From NCBI GenBank assembly GCA_038087875.1, contig CM076000.1, forward strand, positions 2,418,001 through 2,481,675: a DNA stretch of 63,675 bases. Direction: 5' to 3'. Source of the DNA: Malacoraja senta (taxonomy: Eukaryota). The translations under genes and the position numbers were made by a program. Of this stretch, positions 50,716-63,000 are shown piece after piece (the stretch's first letter is position 1; every line of letters starts with the position of its first letter). Below the pieces are notes generated by a model. That model worked only from the letters and a program-made list of their open reading frames with translations. It was not told the origin of the DNA and searched no databases.

Positions 50716-50845
50716 AACTAAATCCATCTTGGGAAGGTACCACAGCAGTATGGTTGGGGTAAGTAGTTCCAGGATTTTACGCCCAGACACACTTTGTGCT
50801 CTTGCCAATTCTAATGCTCCTTTCAAGTGTAGTTAAACAGGAGTC

Positions 50846-51172
50846 TAGTTTAGTTTAGTTTAGTTTAGTTTAGTTTAGTTTAGTTTAGTTTAGAGACAGA
50901 GAGAAAACAGGCCCCTCGACCCACCGAGTCCGCAATCACTGTGCACTTCCACCATCCTACAGTCCAGGGACAATTTACAAAGTTTACCGAAGCCAATTGA
51001 CCTACAAGCCTGAATGTCTTTGGAATGTGGGAGGAAACTGGAGCACCTGGAGAAAACTCACGGGTCACAGGGAGAACGTACAAACTCCGTGCAGACAGCA
51101 TGTGTAGTCAGAATCGAACCCGGAGCTCTGGCGCTGTAAGGCAACAACTCTATCGCTGCGCCGCTGTGCCGC
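50846..51172 (-). mobile_element. HE1/V-SINE-type SINE with expanded (TTTAG)n tail
   Basis: About nine GTTTA units followed by the reverse-complement SINE body. Confidence 0.8.
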
Positions 51173-53729
51173 ACATGAGTCATGGAGTCATACAGCATGG
51201 AATCAAGTTCTTCAGCCCAACTTGCCAATGCCAAACAAGGTGCCCTATCTACACTAGCCCCACCTGCCCATATTTGGCCTATATTCCTCTAAACCTTTCC
51301 TATCCATGTATCTGTCCAAATGGCCATGCTGCATCTCTAAAATTAAAACAAAAAACTAATAGCAAACAAAACCTTTGGGGGCTTTGCCCTATAGTTCCTC
51401 CTGAATAAGCTTAGCCCGTGGCTCTTTAAGATAGCTGGATCAGCACCCTGTGTAAACGGTTTCCCACAAATTATCAGTATCCTTGGCTGAACTCCTATGG
51501 GTGTTGGGAGGATGAATGCTTGGGCTGATTTCAGGTCAGTTTGCCAGTATTAGCACCAGCTTCCAATGCATTCTGGCAGGCCTGTCGTTTGTTTACTGAA
51601 GACTTTCATCTTTTTAATTATGTAACTTCATGTTATTGCCATTGCCTGCAGCACATTTTACAAATGACATTTGGCTGCCAGTGTTTCAAGTGGTTAATTG
51701 TACTCCATTCCAATATAATCTTTTATTAAGCATCTTGACATTAAAGCTTTTGCACTCCTATTTGTGCTGGCAATACGTCTGCTTCCAGACGGACCTGCCA
51801 AAGGCAATTTCTGCAGTTTAACTCCTTGCCATCAGCTGCAACAAAATAGACAAGGGCTTACCACAACTGCACTAGTGCTGACTCAGAGAAATAATGCACC
51901 TAGTGGTGAATTTACACCAAACATTGGTGGGCAAATAATCGGTGTATGCTCCTGGTGCAACTCCCAGCATTGAAGATTACAGAGCGTGGTAGGCAATAGC
52001 TCATCCATCACAGGTACTGACTTCCCCACATTCAAAGAAATCCACTGGCTCAAAGTCTCCTGGTTTAAAATAACCCTTCTCTCACTGTGGCATGCAAGAA
52101 CAGTGAGACCATGTGCATATAGGCTGAAGAAGGGTCTCGACCCAAAACATCACCTATTCCTTTACTCCAGAGATGCTTGCTGACCCGCTGAGTTACTCCA
52201 GCATTTTGTGTCTATCTGATCAGCAATACAATCTTATCACATGAGATGCCTGTTCAAGAATCCGATAACAGTGAGAAAGATGCTGTTTCTTAATCTGTAT
52301 GTGCTTTCAAAATGTTGTACTTAGTGCCTGATGGTAGCAGGGAGAAGAGAGAATGAAGTGGGTGGACCTTGATTAATTTAGCGGCTTTCCCGAGCCAGCG
52401 TGAAATGTAAATGAAATCAATGGGGAAGGGTTGGTCTGTGTTGGACTGGGCTGCATCCACAATTCTCTGTGATTTCTTGCAACCTTGGGCATAGCAATTG
52501 CCAAACCAAGCAGTGAGGCAGCACGATAGGAACCTATCGAACCAGTGGAACTTGGTGGTCGATGGATGACCCAGCTTATTTGTGAAAAAAATAATAATCT
52601 TCCAAGTTTCACTGAGATTCTTGCAACCAAGCAGCATATGCTTTACCCTTCCCCATTTTTGGCTGGTTAAAAAATACTGGGCAGAGGACCTACAGCATTT
52701 TTGCTCCTCTATCCATGATTTCTCAGCCCCTTCATTCCCATATATGAAACTCAATGGTGACCACGAGAGTAGTATCAATGATCATGTGCAGAGTGGTAGC
52801 TGGTGGCCATTTCTAGCCTCTCTTCAATACCAGTACAGCATGTTTACACATTTTTTGACATGGTTGCTCTCTCATTTTGATCAATGGATTATGTCTGTTA
52901 CTTTAAAGGCCAGAATAAAGACTAGACACAGATGGGTCAGCATGGAAATAGGCCCTTTGGCCAAACTCATCCATGCTGACCCATCTACACCAGTACCATC
53001 TGCCTCTATTTGGCCCATATCCCCCTAATCCTTTCCTCTATGTATGTACCTGCCCAAATGTATTTTAAATGTTGTTATAGTACCTACCTCAATTACCCCC
53101 TCTGGCATCTCATTCCATATACTGTGTGAAAATGTTGCCCCTCAGGTTCCTATTTAATCCTTCCCCTCTCACCTTAAACCTCTGATCTCTGGTTATTGAT
53201 TCCCGAGTAAAAGACTGTGTTCTTCTACCCTATCTATTCCCCTCATGATCTTATACACCTCGCTAAGATCACCCTCACTAGAGAGTTTGGATGCACCAGG
53301 GGTTCGTCTTGGTTTTTTTTTGCACTATATTGGGTTTTTTTAATTTATCGAACTTGTCTGAAGTAATGTTCCAACCGAGACATCACCCACCCTTTATCTC
53401 CAGAGATGCTGCCTGACCCACTGAGTTGCTCCAGCACTTTGTGTCTATCTTTGATATAAACTAGCATCTGCAGTTCTTTGTCTCTACTTTTTTAATGTTT
53501 GTTTATTAAATAATATATTGAGTACCGTCTTTACAAACGCGTTGTGCTGCTGCAAGTAAGAATTTAATTGCTCCGTTTCGGAGAAGGAGGAGGAGGAACA
53601 GGAAGAGGAGGAGGAGGAGGAGATGGGGGAGGGGGAGGGGGAGGGGGAGGGTGAGGGGACAATGAATGTAGAAGACACTCATAAAACGTTGCTCTTTTTG
53701 TCATTTCTAATGCACCTTTCCTAATCTCA

Positions 53730-54044
53730 AGCCCCTGTCCCACTTAGGTGATGTTTTTTCAGTGACTACAGGCGAGTAGGCTGTCGCCACATGGTCGCGC
53801 GGTGACGCCTGTATGGTCGTTAGTGTCCTCAAGTTGCCTAAAGAGTTGTAACGTTTTTCTGGTCGCCGCTGGATTTTGAAATGTTCGAAACTTTTCAGCG
53901 ACTGTGTGCTTGACGTAGCTTGAAGTAGCTTGTCCTCCTGTTGAAGGTGCTGTCATAGGTTGTCGCCAGGATGACCCAGGTTGTCGCCAGGTGACGTTGG
54001 TTGTCGCCATTTGCCGAAAAAATTGCCAAAGTGGGACAGGCCCT
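53730..54044. mobile_element. PIF/Harbinger-type MITE, complete
   Basis: TIRs AGCCCCTGTCCCACTT / AAGTGGGACAGGCCCT, with a 3-bp TSD TCA on both sides. Confidence 0.75.
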
Positions 54045-54609
54045 TCAGAACATGATTAAGTACATCATGGCCAATGTACTGTAGAATTGTAAGTACGATT
54101 ATTTTGGTAGGCAAATAAAAGCTTGTTATCTGAATGGTGAAAGATTTGCAGGGCTCTGAGATGCAGAGGGATCTGAATTGATTCTCGAAATGATAGAATG
54201 CAGATACAGCATGTAATTAGGAAAACTAACAGAAAGGTATTGTTAATCACTGAACAATCTGAACACAAAAATGGGGAGGTAATGCTTCAATGACAGAGGG
54301 CTTAGGTGGGATCACATCTGGAGAATTGTGTACATTGTTGGTATCCTTAAGGACACATATAAATGCAGTTTAAAGAAGGTTTACTTGAGTGATGCAGTGT
54401 GCCTGTAAATCACTGCAGGTCAAGGAATGGGAATTCAGACTCCTGGAATTCATAAATCACTAACAAAAGATCTAGATGTGAACTAAATAAATGCTCTTAA
54501 GGAATTTATGTGGGAAATAAAATACAAAAAATGCAAAAGAAACAGCAAATGTTGTTAATTTTTTTCAAGGGGTTGCATCACAGAATATTGCAATACAGGT
54601 GGTTCTCTC

Positions 54610-55200
54610 AGGACTGAGTATAAAGTTGGGAGGTCATGTTGCAGTTATATAAAATGTTGGTGAGGCCACATTTAGAGTATTGTGTTCAGTTCTGGGCACC
54701 ACATTATAGGAAAGATGTTGTCAGGCTGGAAAGGGTGCAGAGAAGATTTACGAGGATGTTGCCAGGTTTTGAGAGTCTGAGCTATAGGGAGAGGTTGAAG
54801 AGGCTAGGACTTCATTGGAGCGCAGGAGGATGAGGGGTGATTTTATAGAGGTATTCAAAATCACGAGAGGAATAAATCGGGTAGACGCAGAGTAACTTGT
54901 CCAGAATAGGGGAATCGAGTACCAGAAGACATAGGTTTAAGGCGAGGTGAGAAAGATTTAATAGGATCCTGAGGGGTAACCTTTCACACAAAGGATGGTG
55001 GTTATATGGAATGAGCTGCCAGATGAGGTGGTTGAGGTTTGTGCTATCACAACATTTAAGAAACATTTGGACATGGATAGGACAAGTTTAGAGGGATATT
55101 GGGCAAACGCAGGAAGGTGGGACTAGTGTAGATGTAACATGTTGGTCGGAGCGGGCAAGTTGGGCCATAGGGCCTGTTTCTACACTGTATGACTCTATGA
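54610..55200 (+). mobile_element. CR1 LINE 3' fragment
   Basis: [44 protein letters not shown]. Confidence 0.9.
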
Positions 55201-55859
55201 CACTAAGACACAAACCGACTATAATGCAGGAGTGTACTGTATCTGGGATAGGTAGGTTAACATTTCACTCCTCCCTTCGGGAAGAACGTGTAGGAGTCTG
55301 GAAACCGTGACCATGGTTGATTTATTTTTCCCTCTCAACGCCATTCTCCTGCCTTCTCCATGTATCCTTCGACACCATTACTAATCAAATTGACAAATTC
55401 ATATAATTCATCTAATACTACTCGACTCTTGACTTGTTTATTGGTGAGAACAGGCTGTTAAAATCTGCTAAACTTTGTAAGTATTGGAGGGGATTATTTG
55501 AAGCATATACGATCCTGAAGCGCCTTGATAGGATATTCCCTCCTGTGGGAGAATATAGTACAAGGGATCATTGTTTACAAACAAGAGATTGTCCAGTTAA
55601 GGCAAGAGTGAGAAATGTTTCTAATCTCAAGGGGTCACATATGTTTGGAATGGTTTACTTCAGAAACAGTTGGACACTATTAAGGCTTGAGATAGGTAGA
55701 TTATTGATAAGCAAGGGTATGAACAGTTACTGTGGGACCGGGACAGAGGGAATCAAGTATACAACCAAATCATTCACTATCTTAAGCAAGGCACAGCAGA
55801 CTGGAGTAGTCAGAAGCCTTCTCTCCTAATTCCTTTCTTTGTCTAATGTGGACAAGCAC

Positions 55860-56460
55860 TGGGTATGGAAGTTGGGATGCCATGTTGCAATTGTATAATA
55901 CATTGGTGAAGCCGCATTTAGAGTGTTATGTTCAGTTCTGGGCACCGTGTTATAGGAAAGCTGTTGTCAAGCTGGAAAGGATGCAGAGAAGATTTACGAG
56001 GATGTTTCCAGGACTCGAGTGCCTGAGCTATAGGGAGAGGTTGAACAGGCTAGGACTTTATACACTTTGGAGTGCAGGAGGATAAGGGGTGATCTTATAG
56101 AGGTGTACAAAATCATGATAGAAATAGATTGGGTAGAGTCTCTTGCCCAGAGTAGGGGAATTGAGAACCAGAGGACATAGGGTTAAGGTAAGGGGGGAAA
56201 GATTTAATAGGAACCTGAGGGGTTAACTTTTTCACTTAAAGTATGGTGGGTGTATGGAACGAGCTGCCGGAGGAGGTAGTTGAGCCACGTACTATCGTAA
56301 TGTTTAAGAAACATTTAGACAGGGTACATGGATGACAAGTTTAGAGGGATATGGCTCAAACACATGCCGGTGGGACTAGTGTGGATGGGACATGTTGGTC
56401 AGTGTGGACAAGTTGGGCCGAAGGTCCTGTTTCCATGCTGTATGACTCTATGACTCTATA
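55860..56460 (+). mobile_element. CR1 LINE 3' fragment
   Basis: MLQLYNTLVKPHLECYVQFWAPCYRK..RRFTRMFPG, with a (TGACTCTA)n tail. Confidence 0.9.
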
Positions 56461-57019
56461 AGTGGCAATGTGATACGGACATTATTGATCATGAATGGAG
56501 ATTAGCCAGGAAGCATGGATATCTTCCAGCTTTTCTTCAAAGTAGTCCCAATGGCATCATCTCCATCCACCTTCTGGAGATAGGTTTATGTTTTAAATTT
56601 CATGTGAGAAAAAAGAAACCGTTAACTGTGTCACATTCTCACACCAGCCCTGGGTTTCATGCAGAATTGAGTAGAAGACCCAGAATGTCATGATGTAGCT
56701 CTATAAGACTTTGGTTAGACTGCATTTAGAATATTGGTGCAGACAGGATATGGAGGGTTTGTGGAGGGTGTAGAAGAGGTTTATGGGTTAGAGGATATTA
56801 ACTATAAGGAAAGGTTGGCCAAACAAGATTGTTTTCTCAGGATCGTCAGAGGCTGAGGGAAGACTTGACAGAAGTATATACAATTCTGAGATGCATAGAT
56901 AGGGTACACAGTCAGAACCTTTTGCCCAGGGTGGAAATGGCAAAGAGTGGCAGGCATAGCTTTAAGGTGAGAGGGACAACTTTTAATGGAGATGTGCAGG
57001 GCAAGATTTTTACACAGAA

Positions 57020-60000
57020 GGTGGTGGTGGTGGTGGTGGTGGTGGTGGTGGTGGTGGTGGTGGTGGTGGTGGTGGTGGTGGTGGTGGTGGTGGTGGTGGT
57101 GGTGGTGGTGGTGGTGGTGGTGGTGGTGGTGGTGGTGGTGGTGGTGGTGGTGGTGGTGGTGGTGGTGGTGGTGGTGGTGGTGGTGGTGGTGGTGGTGGTG
57201 GTGGTGGTGGTGGTGTGGTGGTGGTGGTGGTGGTGGTGGTGGTGGTGGTGGTGGTGGTGGTGGTGGTGGTGGTGGTGGTGGTGGTGGTGGTGGTGGTGGT
57301 GGTGGTGGTGGTGGTGGTGGTGGTGGTGGTGGTGGTGGTGGTGGTGGTGGTGGTGGTGGTGGGTGGTGGTGGTGGTGGTGGTGGTGGTGGTGGTGTGGTG
57401 GTGGTGGTGGTGGTGGTGGTGGTGGTGGTGGTGGTGGTGGTGGTGGTGGTGGTGGTGGTGGTGGTGGTGGTGGTGGTGGTGGTGGTGGTGGTGGTGGTGG
57501 TGGTGGTGGTGGTGGTGGTGGTGGTGGTGGTGGTGGTGGTGGTGGTGGTGGTGGTGGTGGTGGTGGTGGTGGTGGTGGTGGTGGTGGTGGTGGTGGTGGT
57601 GGTGGTGGTGGTGGTGGTGGTGGTGGTGGTGGTGGTGGTGGTGGTGGTGGTGGTGGTGGTGGTGGTGGTGGTGGTGGTGGTGGTGGTGGTGGTGGTGGTG
57701 GTGGTGGTGGTGGTGGTGGTGGTGGTGGTGGTGGTGGTGGTGGTGGTGGTGGTGGTGGTGGTGGGTGGTGGTGGTGGTGGTGGTGGTGGTGGTGGTGGTG
57801 GTGGTGGTGGTGGTGGTGGTGGTGGTGGTGGTGGTGGTGGTGGTGGTGGTGGTGGTGGTGGTGGTGGTGGTGGTGGTGGTGGTGGTGGTGGTGGTGGTGG
57901 TGGTGGTGGTGGTGGTGGTGGTGGTGGTGGTGGTGGTGGTGGTGGTGGTGGTGGTGGTGGTGGTGGTGGTGGTGGTGGTGGTGGTGGTGGTGGTGGTGGT
58001 GGTGGTGGTGGTGGTGGTGGTGGTGGTGGTGGTGGTGGTGGTGGTGGTGGTGGTGGTGGTGGTGGTGGTGGTGGTGGTGGTGGTGGTGGTGGTGGTGGTG
58101 GTGGTGGTGGTGGTGGTGGTGGTGGTGGTGGTGGTGGTGGTGGTGGTGGTGGTGGTGGTGGTGGTGGTGGTGGTGGTGGTGGTGGTGGTGGTGGTGGTGG
58201 TGGTGGTGGTGGTGGTGGTGGTGGTGGTGGTGGTGGTGGTGGTGGTGGTGGTGGTGGTGGTGGTGGTGGTGGTGGTGGTGGTGGTGGTGGTGGTGGTGGT
58301 GGTGGTGGTGGTGGTGGTGGTGGTGGTGGTGGTGGTGGTGGTGGTGGTGGTGGTGGTGGTGGTGGTGGTGTGGTGGTGGTGGTGGTGGTGGTGGTGGTGG
58401 TGGTGGTGGTGGTGGTGGTGGTGGTGGTGGTGGTGGTGGTGGTGGTGGTGGTGGTGGTGGTGGTGGTGGTGGTGGTGGTGGTGGTGGTGGTGGTGGTGGT
58501 GGTGGTGGTGGTGGTGGTGGTGGTGGTGGTGGTGGTGGTGGTGGTGGTGGTGGTGGTGGTGGTGGTGGTGGTGGTGGTGGTGTGGTGGTGGTGGTGGTGG
58601 TGGTGGTGGTGGTGGTGGTGTGGTGGTGGTGGTGGTGGTGGTGGTGGTGGTGGTGGTGGTGGTGGTGGTGGTGGTGGTGGTGGTGGTGGTGGTGGTGGTG
58701 GTGGTGGTGGGTGGTGGTGGTGGTGGTGGTGGTGGTGGTGGTGGTGGTGGTGGTGGTGGTGGTGGTGGTGGTGGTGGTGGTGGTGGTGTGGTGGTGGTGG
58801 TGGTGGTGGTGGTGGTGGTGGTGGTGGTGGTGGTGGTGGTGGTGGTGGTGGTGGTGGTGGTGGTGGTGGTGGTGGTGGTGGTGGTGGTGGTGGTGGTGGT
58901 GGTGGTGGTGGTGGTGGTGGTGGTGGTGGTGGTGGTGGTGGTGGTGGTGGTGGTGGTGGTGGTGGTGGTGGTGGTGGTGGTGGTGGTGGTGGTGGTGGTG
59001 GTGGTGGTGGTGGTGGTGGTGGTGGTGGTGGTGGTGGTGGTGGTGGTGGTGGTGGTGGTGGTGGTGGTGGTGGTGGTGGTGGTGGTGGTGGTGGTGGTGG
59101 TGGTGGTGGTGGTGGTGGTGGTGGTGGTGGTGGTGGTGGGGTGGTGGTGGTGGTGGTGGTGGTGGTGGTGGTGGTGGTGGTGGTGGTGGTGGTGGTGGTG
59201 GTGGTGGTGGTGGTGGTGGTGGTGGTGGTGGTGGTGGTGGTGGTGGTGGTGGTGGTGGTGGTGGTGGTGGTGGTGGTGGTGGTGGTGGTGGTGGTGGTGG
59301 TGGTGGTGGTGGTGGTGGTGGTGGTGGTGGTGGTGGTGGTGGTGGTGGTGGTGGTGGTGGTGGTGGTGGTGGTGGTGGTGGTGGTGGTGGTGGTGGTGGT
59401 GGTGGTGGTGGTGGTGGTGGTGGTGGTGGTGGTGGTGGTGGTGGTGGTGGTGGTGGTGGTGGTGGTGGTGGTGGTGGTGGTGGTGGTGGTGGTGGTGGTG
59501 GTGGTGGTGGTGGTGGTGGTGGTGGTGGTGGTGGTGGTGGTGGTGGTGGTGGTGGTGGTGGTGGTGGTGGTGGTGGTGGTGGTGGTGGTGGTGGTGGTGG
59601 TGGTGGTGGTGGTGGTGGTGGTGGTGGTGGTGGTGGTGGTGGTGGTGGTGGTGGTGGTGGTGGTGGTGGTGGTGGTGGTGGTGGTGGTGGTGGTGGTGGT
59701 GGTGGTGGTGGTGGTGGTGGTGGTGGTGGTGGTGGTGGTGGTGGTGGTGGTGGTGGTGGTGGTGGTGGTGGTGGTGGTGGTGGTGGTGGTGGTGGTGGTG
59801 GTGGTGTGGTGGTGGTGGTGGTGGTGGTGGTGGTGGTGGTGGTGGTGGTGGTGGTGGTGGTGGTGGTGGTGGTGGTGGTGGTGGTGGTGGTGGTGGTGGT
59901 GGTGGTGGTGGTGGTGGTGGTGGTGGTGGTGGTGGTGGTGGTGGTGGTGGTGGTGGTGGTGGTGGTGGTGGTGGTGGTGGTGGTGGTGGTGGTGGTGGTG

Positions 60001-63000
60001 GTGGTGGTGGTGGTGGTGGTGGTGGTGGTGGTGGTGGTGGTGGTGGTGGTGGTGGTGGTGGTGGTGGTGGTGGTGGTGGTGGTGGTGGTGTGGTGGTGGT
60101 GGTGGTGTGGTGGTGGTGGTGGTGGTGGTGGTGGTGGTGGTGGTGGTGGTGGTGGTGGGGTGGTGGTGGTGGTGGTGGTGGTGGTGGTGGTGGTGGTGGT
60201 GGTGGTGGTGGTGGTGGTGGTGGTGGTGGTGGTGGTGGTGGTGGTGGTGGTGGTGGTGGTGGTGGTGGTGGTGGTGGGTGGTGGTGGTGGTGGTGGTGGT
60301 GGTGGTGGTGGTGGTGGTGGTGGTGGTGGTGGTGGTGGTGGTGGTGGTGGTGGTGGTGGTGTGGTGGTGGTGGTGGTGGTGGTGGTTGGTGGTGGTGGTG
60401 GTGGTGGTGGTGGTGGTGGTGGTGGTGGTGGTGGTGGTGGTGGTGGTGGTGGTGGTGGTGGTGGTGGTGGTGGTGGTGGTGGTGGTGGTGGTGGTGGTGG
60501 TGGTGGTGGTGGTGGTGGTGGTGGTGGTGGTGGTGGTGGTGGTGGTGGTGGTGGTGGTGGTGGTGGTGGTGGTGGTGGTGGTGGTGGTGGTGGTGGTGGT
60601 GGTGGTGGTGGTGGTGGTGGTGGTGGTGGTGGTGGTGGTGGTGGTGGTGGTGGTGGTGGTGGTGGTGGTGGTGGTGGTGGTGGTGGTGGTGGTGGTGGTG
60701 GTGGTGGTGGTGGTGGTGGTGGTGGTGGTGGTGGTGGTGGTGGTGGTGGTGGTGGTGGTGGTGGTGGTGGTGGTGGTGGTGGTGGTGGTGGTGGGGTGGT
60801 GGTGGTGGTGGTGGTGGTGGTGGTGGTGGTGGTGGTGGTGGTGGTGGTGGTGGTGGTGGTGGTGGTGGTGGTGGTGGTGGTGGTGGTGGTGGTGGTGGTG
60901 GTGGTGGTGGTGGTGGTGGTGGTGGTGGTGGTGGTGGTGGTGGTGGTGGTGGTGGTGGTGGTGGTGGTGGTGGTGGTGGTGGTGGTGGTGGTGGTGGTGG
61001 TGGTGGTGGTGGTGGTGGTGGTGGTGGTGGTGGTGGTGGTGGTGGTGGTGGTGGTGGTGGTGGTGGTGGTGGTGGTGGTGGTGGTGGTGGTGGTGGTGGT
61101 GGTGGTGGTGGTGGTGGTGGTGGTGGTGGTGGTGGTGGTGGTGGTGGTGGTGGTGGTGGTGGTGGTGGTGGTGGTGGTGGTGGTGGTGGTGGTGGTGGTG
61201 GTGGTGGTGGTGGTGGTGGTGGTGGTGGTGGTGGTGGTGGTGGTGGTGGTGGTGGTGGTGGTGGTGGTGGTGGTGGTGGTGGTGGTGGTGGTGGTGTGGT
61301 GGTGGTGGTGGTGGTGGTGGTGGTGGTGGTGGTGGTGGTGGTGGTGGTGGTGGTGGTGGTGGTGGTGGTGGTGGTGGTGGTGGTGGTGGTGGTGGTGGTG
61401 GTGGTGGTGGTGGTGGTGGTGGTGGTGGTGGTGGTGGTGGTGGTGGTGGTGGTGGTGGTGGTGGTGGTGGTGGTGGTGGTGGTGGTGGTGGTGGTGGTGG
61501 TGGTGGTGGGTGGTGGTGGTGGTGGTGGTGGTGGTGGTGGTGGTGGTGGTGGTGGTGGTGGTTGGTGGTGGTGGTGGTGGTGGTGGTGGTGGTGGTGGTG
61601 GTGGTGGTGGTGGTGGTGGTGGTGGTGGTGGTGGTGGTGGTGGTGGTGGTGGTGGTGGTGGTGGTGGTGGTGGTGGTGGTGGTGGTGGTGGTGGTGGTGG
61701 TGGTGGTGGTGTGGTGGTGGTGGTGGTGGTGGTTGGTGGTGGTGGTGGTGGTGGTGGTGGTGGTGGTGGTGGTGGTGGTGTGGTGGTGGTGGTGGTGGTG
61801 GTGGTGGTGGTGGTGGTGGTGGTGGTGGTGGTGGGTGGTGGTGGTGGTGGTGGTGGTGGTGGTGGTGGTGGTGGTGGTGGTGGTGGTGGTGGTGGTGGTG
61901 GTGGTGGTGGTGGTGGTGGTGGTGGTGGTGGTGGTGGTGGTGGTGGTGGTGGTGTGGTGGTGGTGGTGGTGGTGGTGGTGGTGGTGGTGGTGGTGGTGGT
62001 GGTGGTGGTGGTGGTGGTGGTGGTGGTGGTGGTGGTGGTGGTGGTGGTGGTGGTGGTGGTGGTGGTGGTGGTGGTGGTGGTGGTGGTGGTGGTGGTGGTG
62101 GTGGTGGTGGTGGTGGTGGTGGTGGTGGTGGTGGTGGTGGTGGTGGTGGTGGTGGTGGTGTGGTGGTGGTGGTGGTGGTGGTGGTGGTGGTGGTGGTGGT
62201 TGGTGGTGGTGGTGGTGGTGGTGGTGGTGGTGGTGGTGGTGGTGGTGGTGGTGGTGGTGGTGGTGGTGGTGGTGGTGGTGGTGGTGGTGGTGGTGGTGGT
62301 GGTGGTGGTGGTGGTGGTGGTGGTGGTGGTGGTGGTGGTGGTGGTGGTGGTGGTGGTGGTGGTGGTGGTGGTGGTGGTGGTGGTGGTGGTGGTGGTGGTG
62401 GTGGTGGTGGTTGGTGGTGGTGGTGGTGGTGGTGGTGGTGGTGGTGGTGGTGGTGGTGGTGGTGGTGGTGGTGGTGGTGGTGGTGGTGGTGGTGGTGGTG
62501 GTGGTGGTGGTGGTGGTGGTGGTGGTGGTGGTGGTGGTGGTGGTGGTGGTGGTGGTGGTGGTGGTGGTGTGGTGGTGGTGGTGGTGGTGGTGGTGGTGGT
62601 GGTGGTGGTGGTGGTGGTGGTGGTGGTGGTGGTGGTGGTGGTGGTGGTGGTGGTGGTGGTGGTGGTGGTGGTGGTGGTGGTGGTGGTGGTGGTGGTGGTG
62701 GTGGTGGTGGTGGTGGTGTGGTGGTGGTGGTGGTGGTGGTGGTGGTGGTGGTGGTGGTGGTGGTGGTGGTGGTGGTGGTGGTGGTGGTGGTGGTGGTGGT
62801 GGGTGGTGGTGGTGGTGGTGGTGGTGGTGGTGGTGGTGGTGGTGGTGGTGGTGGTGGTGGTGGTGGTGGTGGTGGTGGTGGTGGTGTGGTGGTGGTGGTG
62901 GTGGTGGTGGTGGTGGTGGTGGTGGTGGTGGTGGTGGTGGTGGTGGTGGTGGTGGTGGTGGTGGTGGTGGTGGTGGTGGTGGTGGTGGTGGTGGTGGTGG

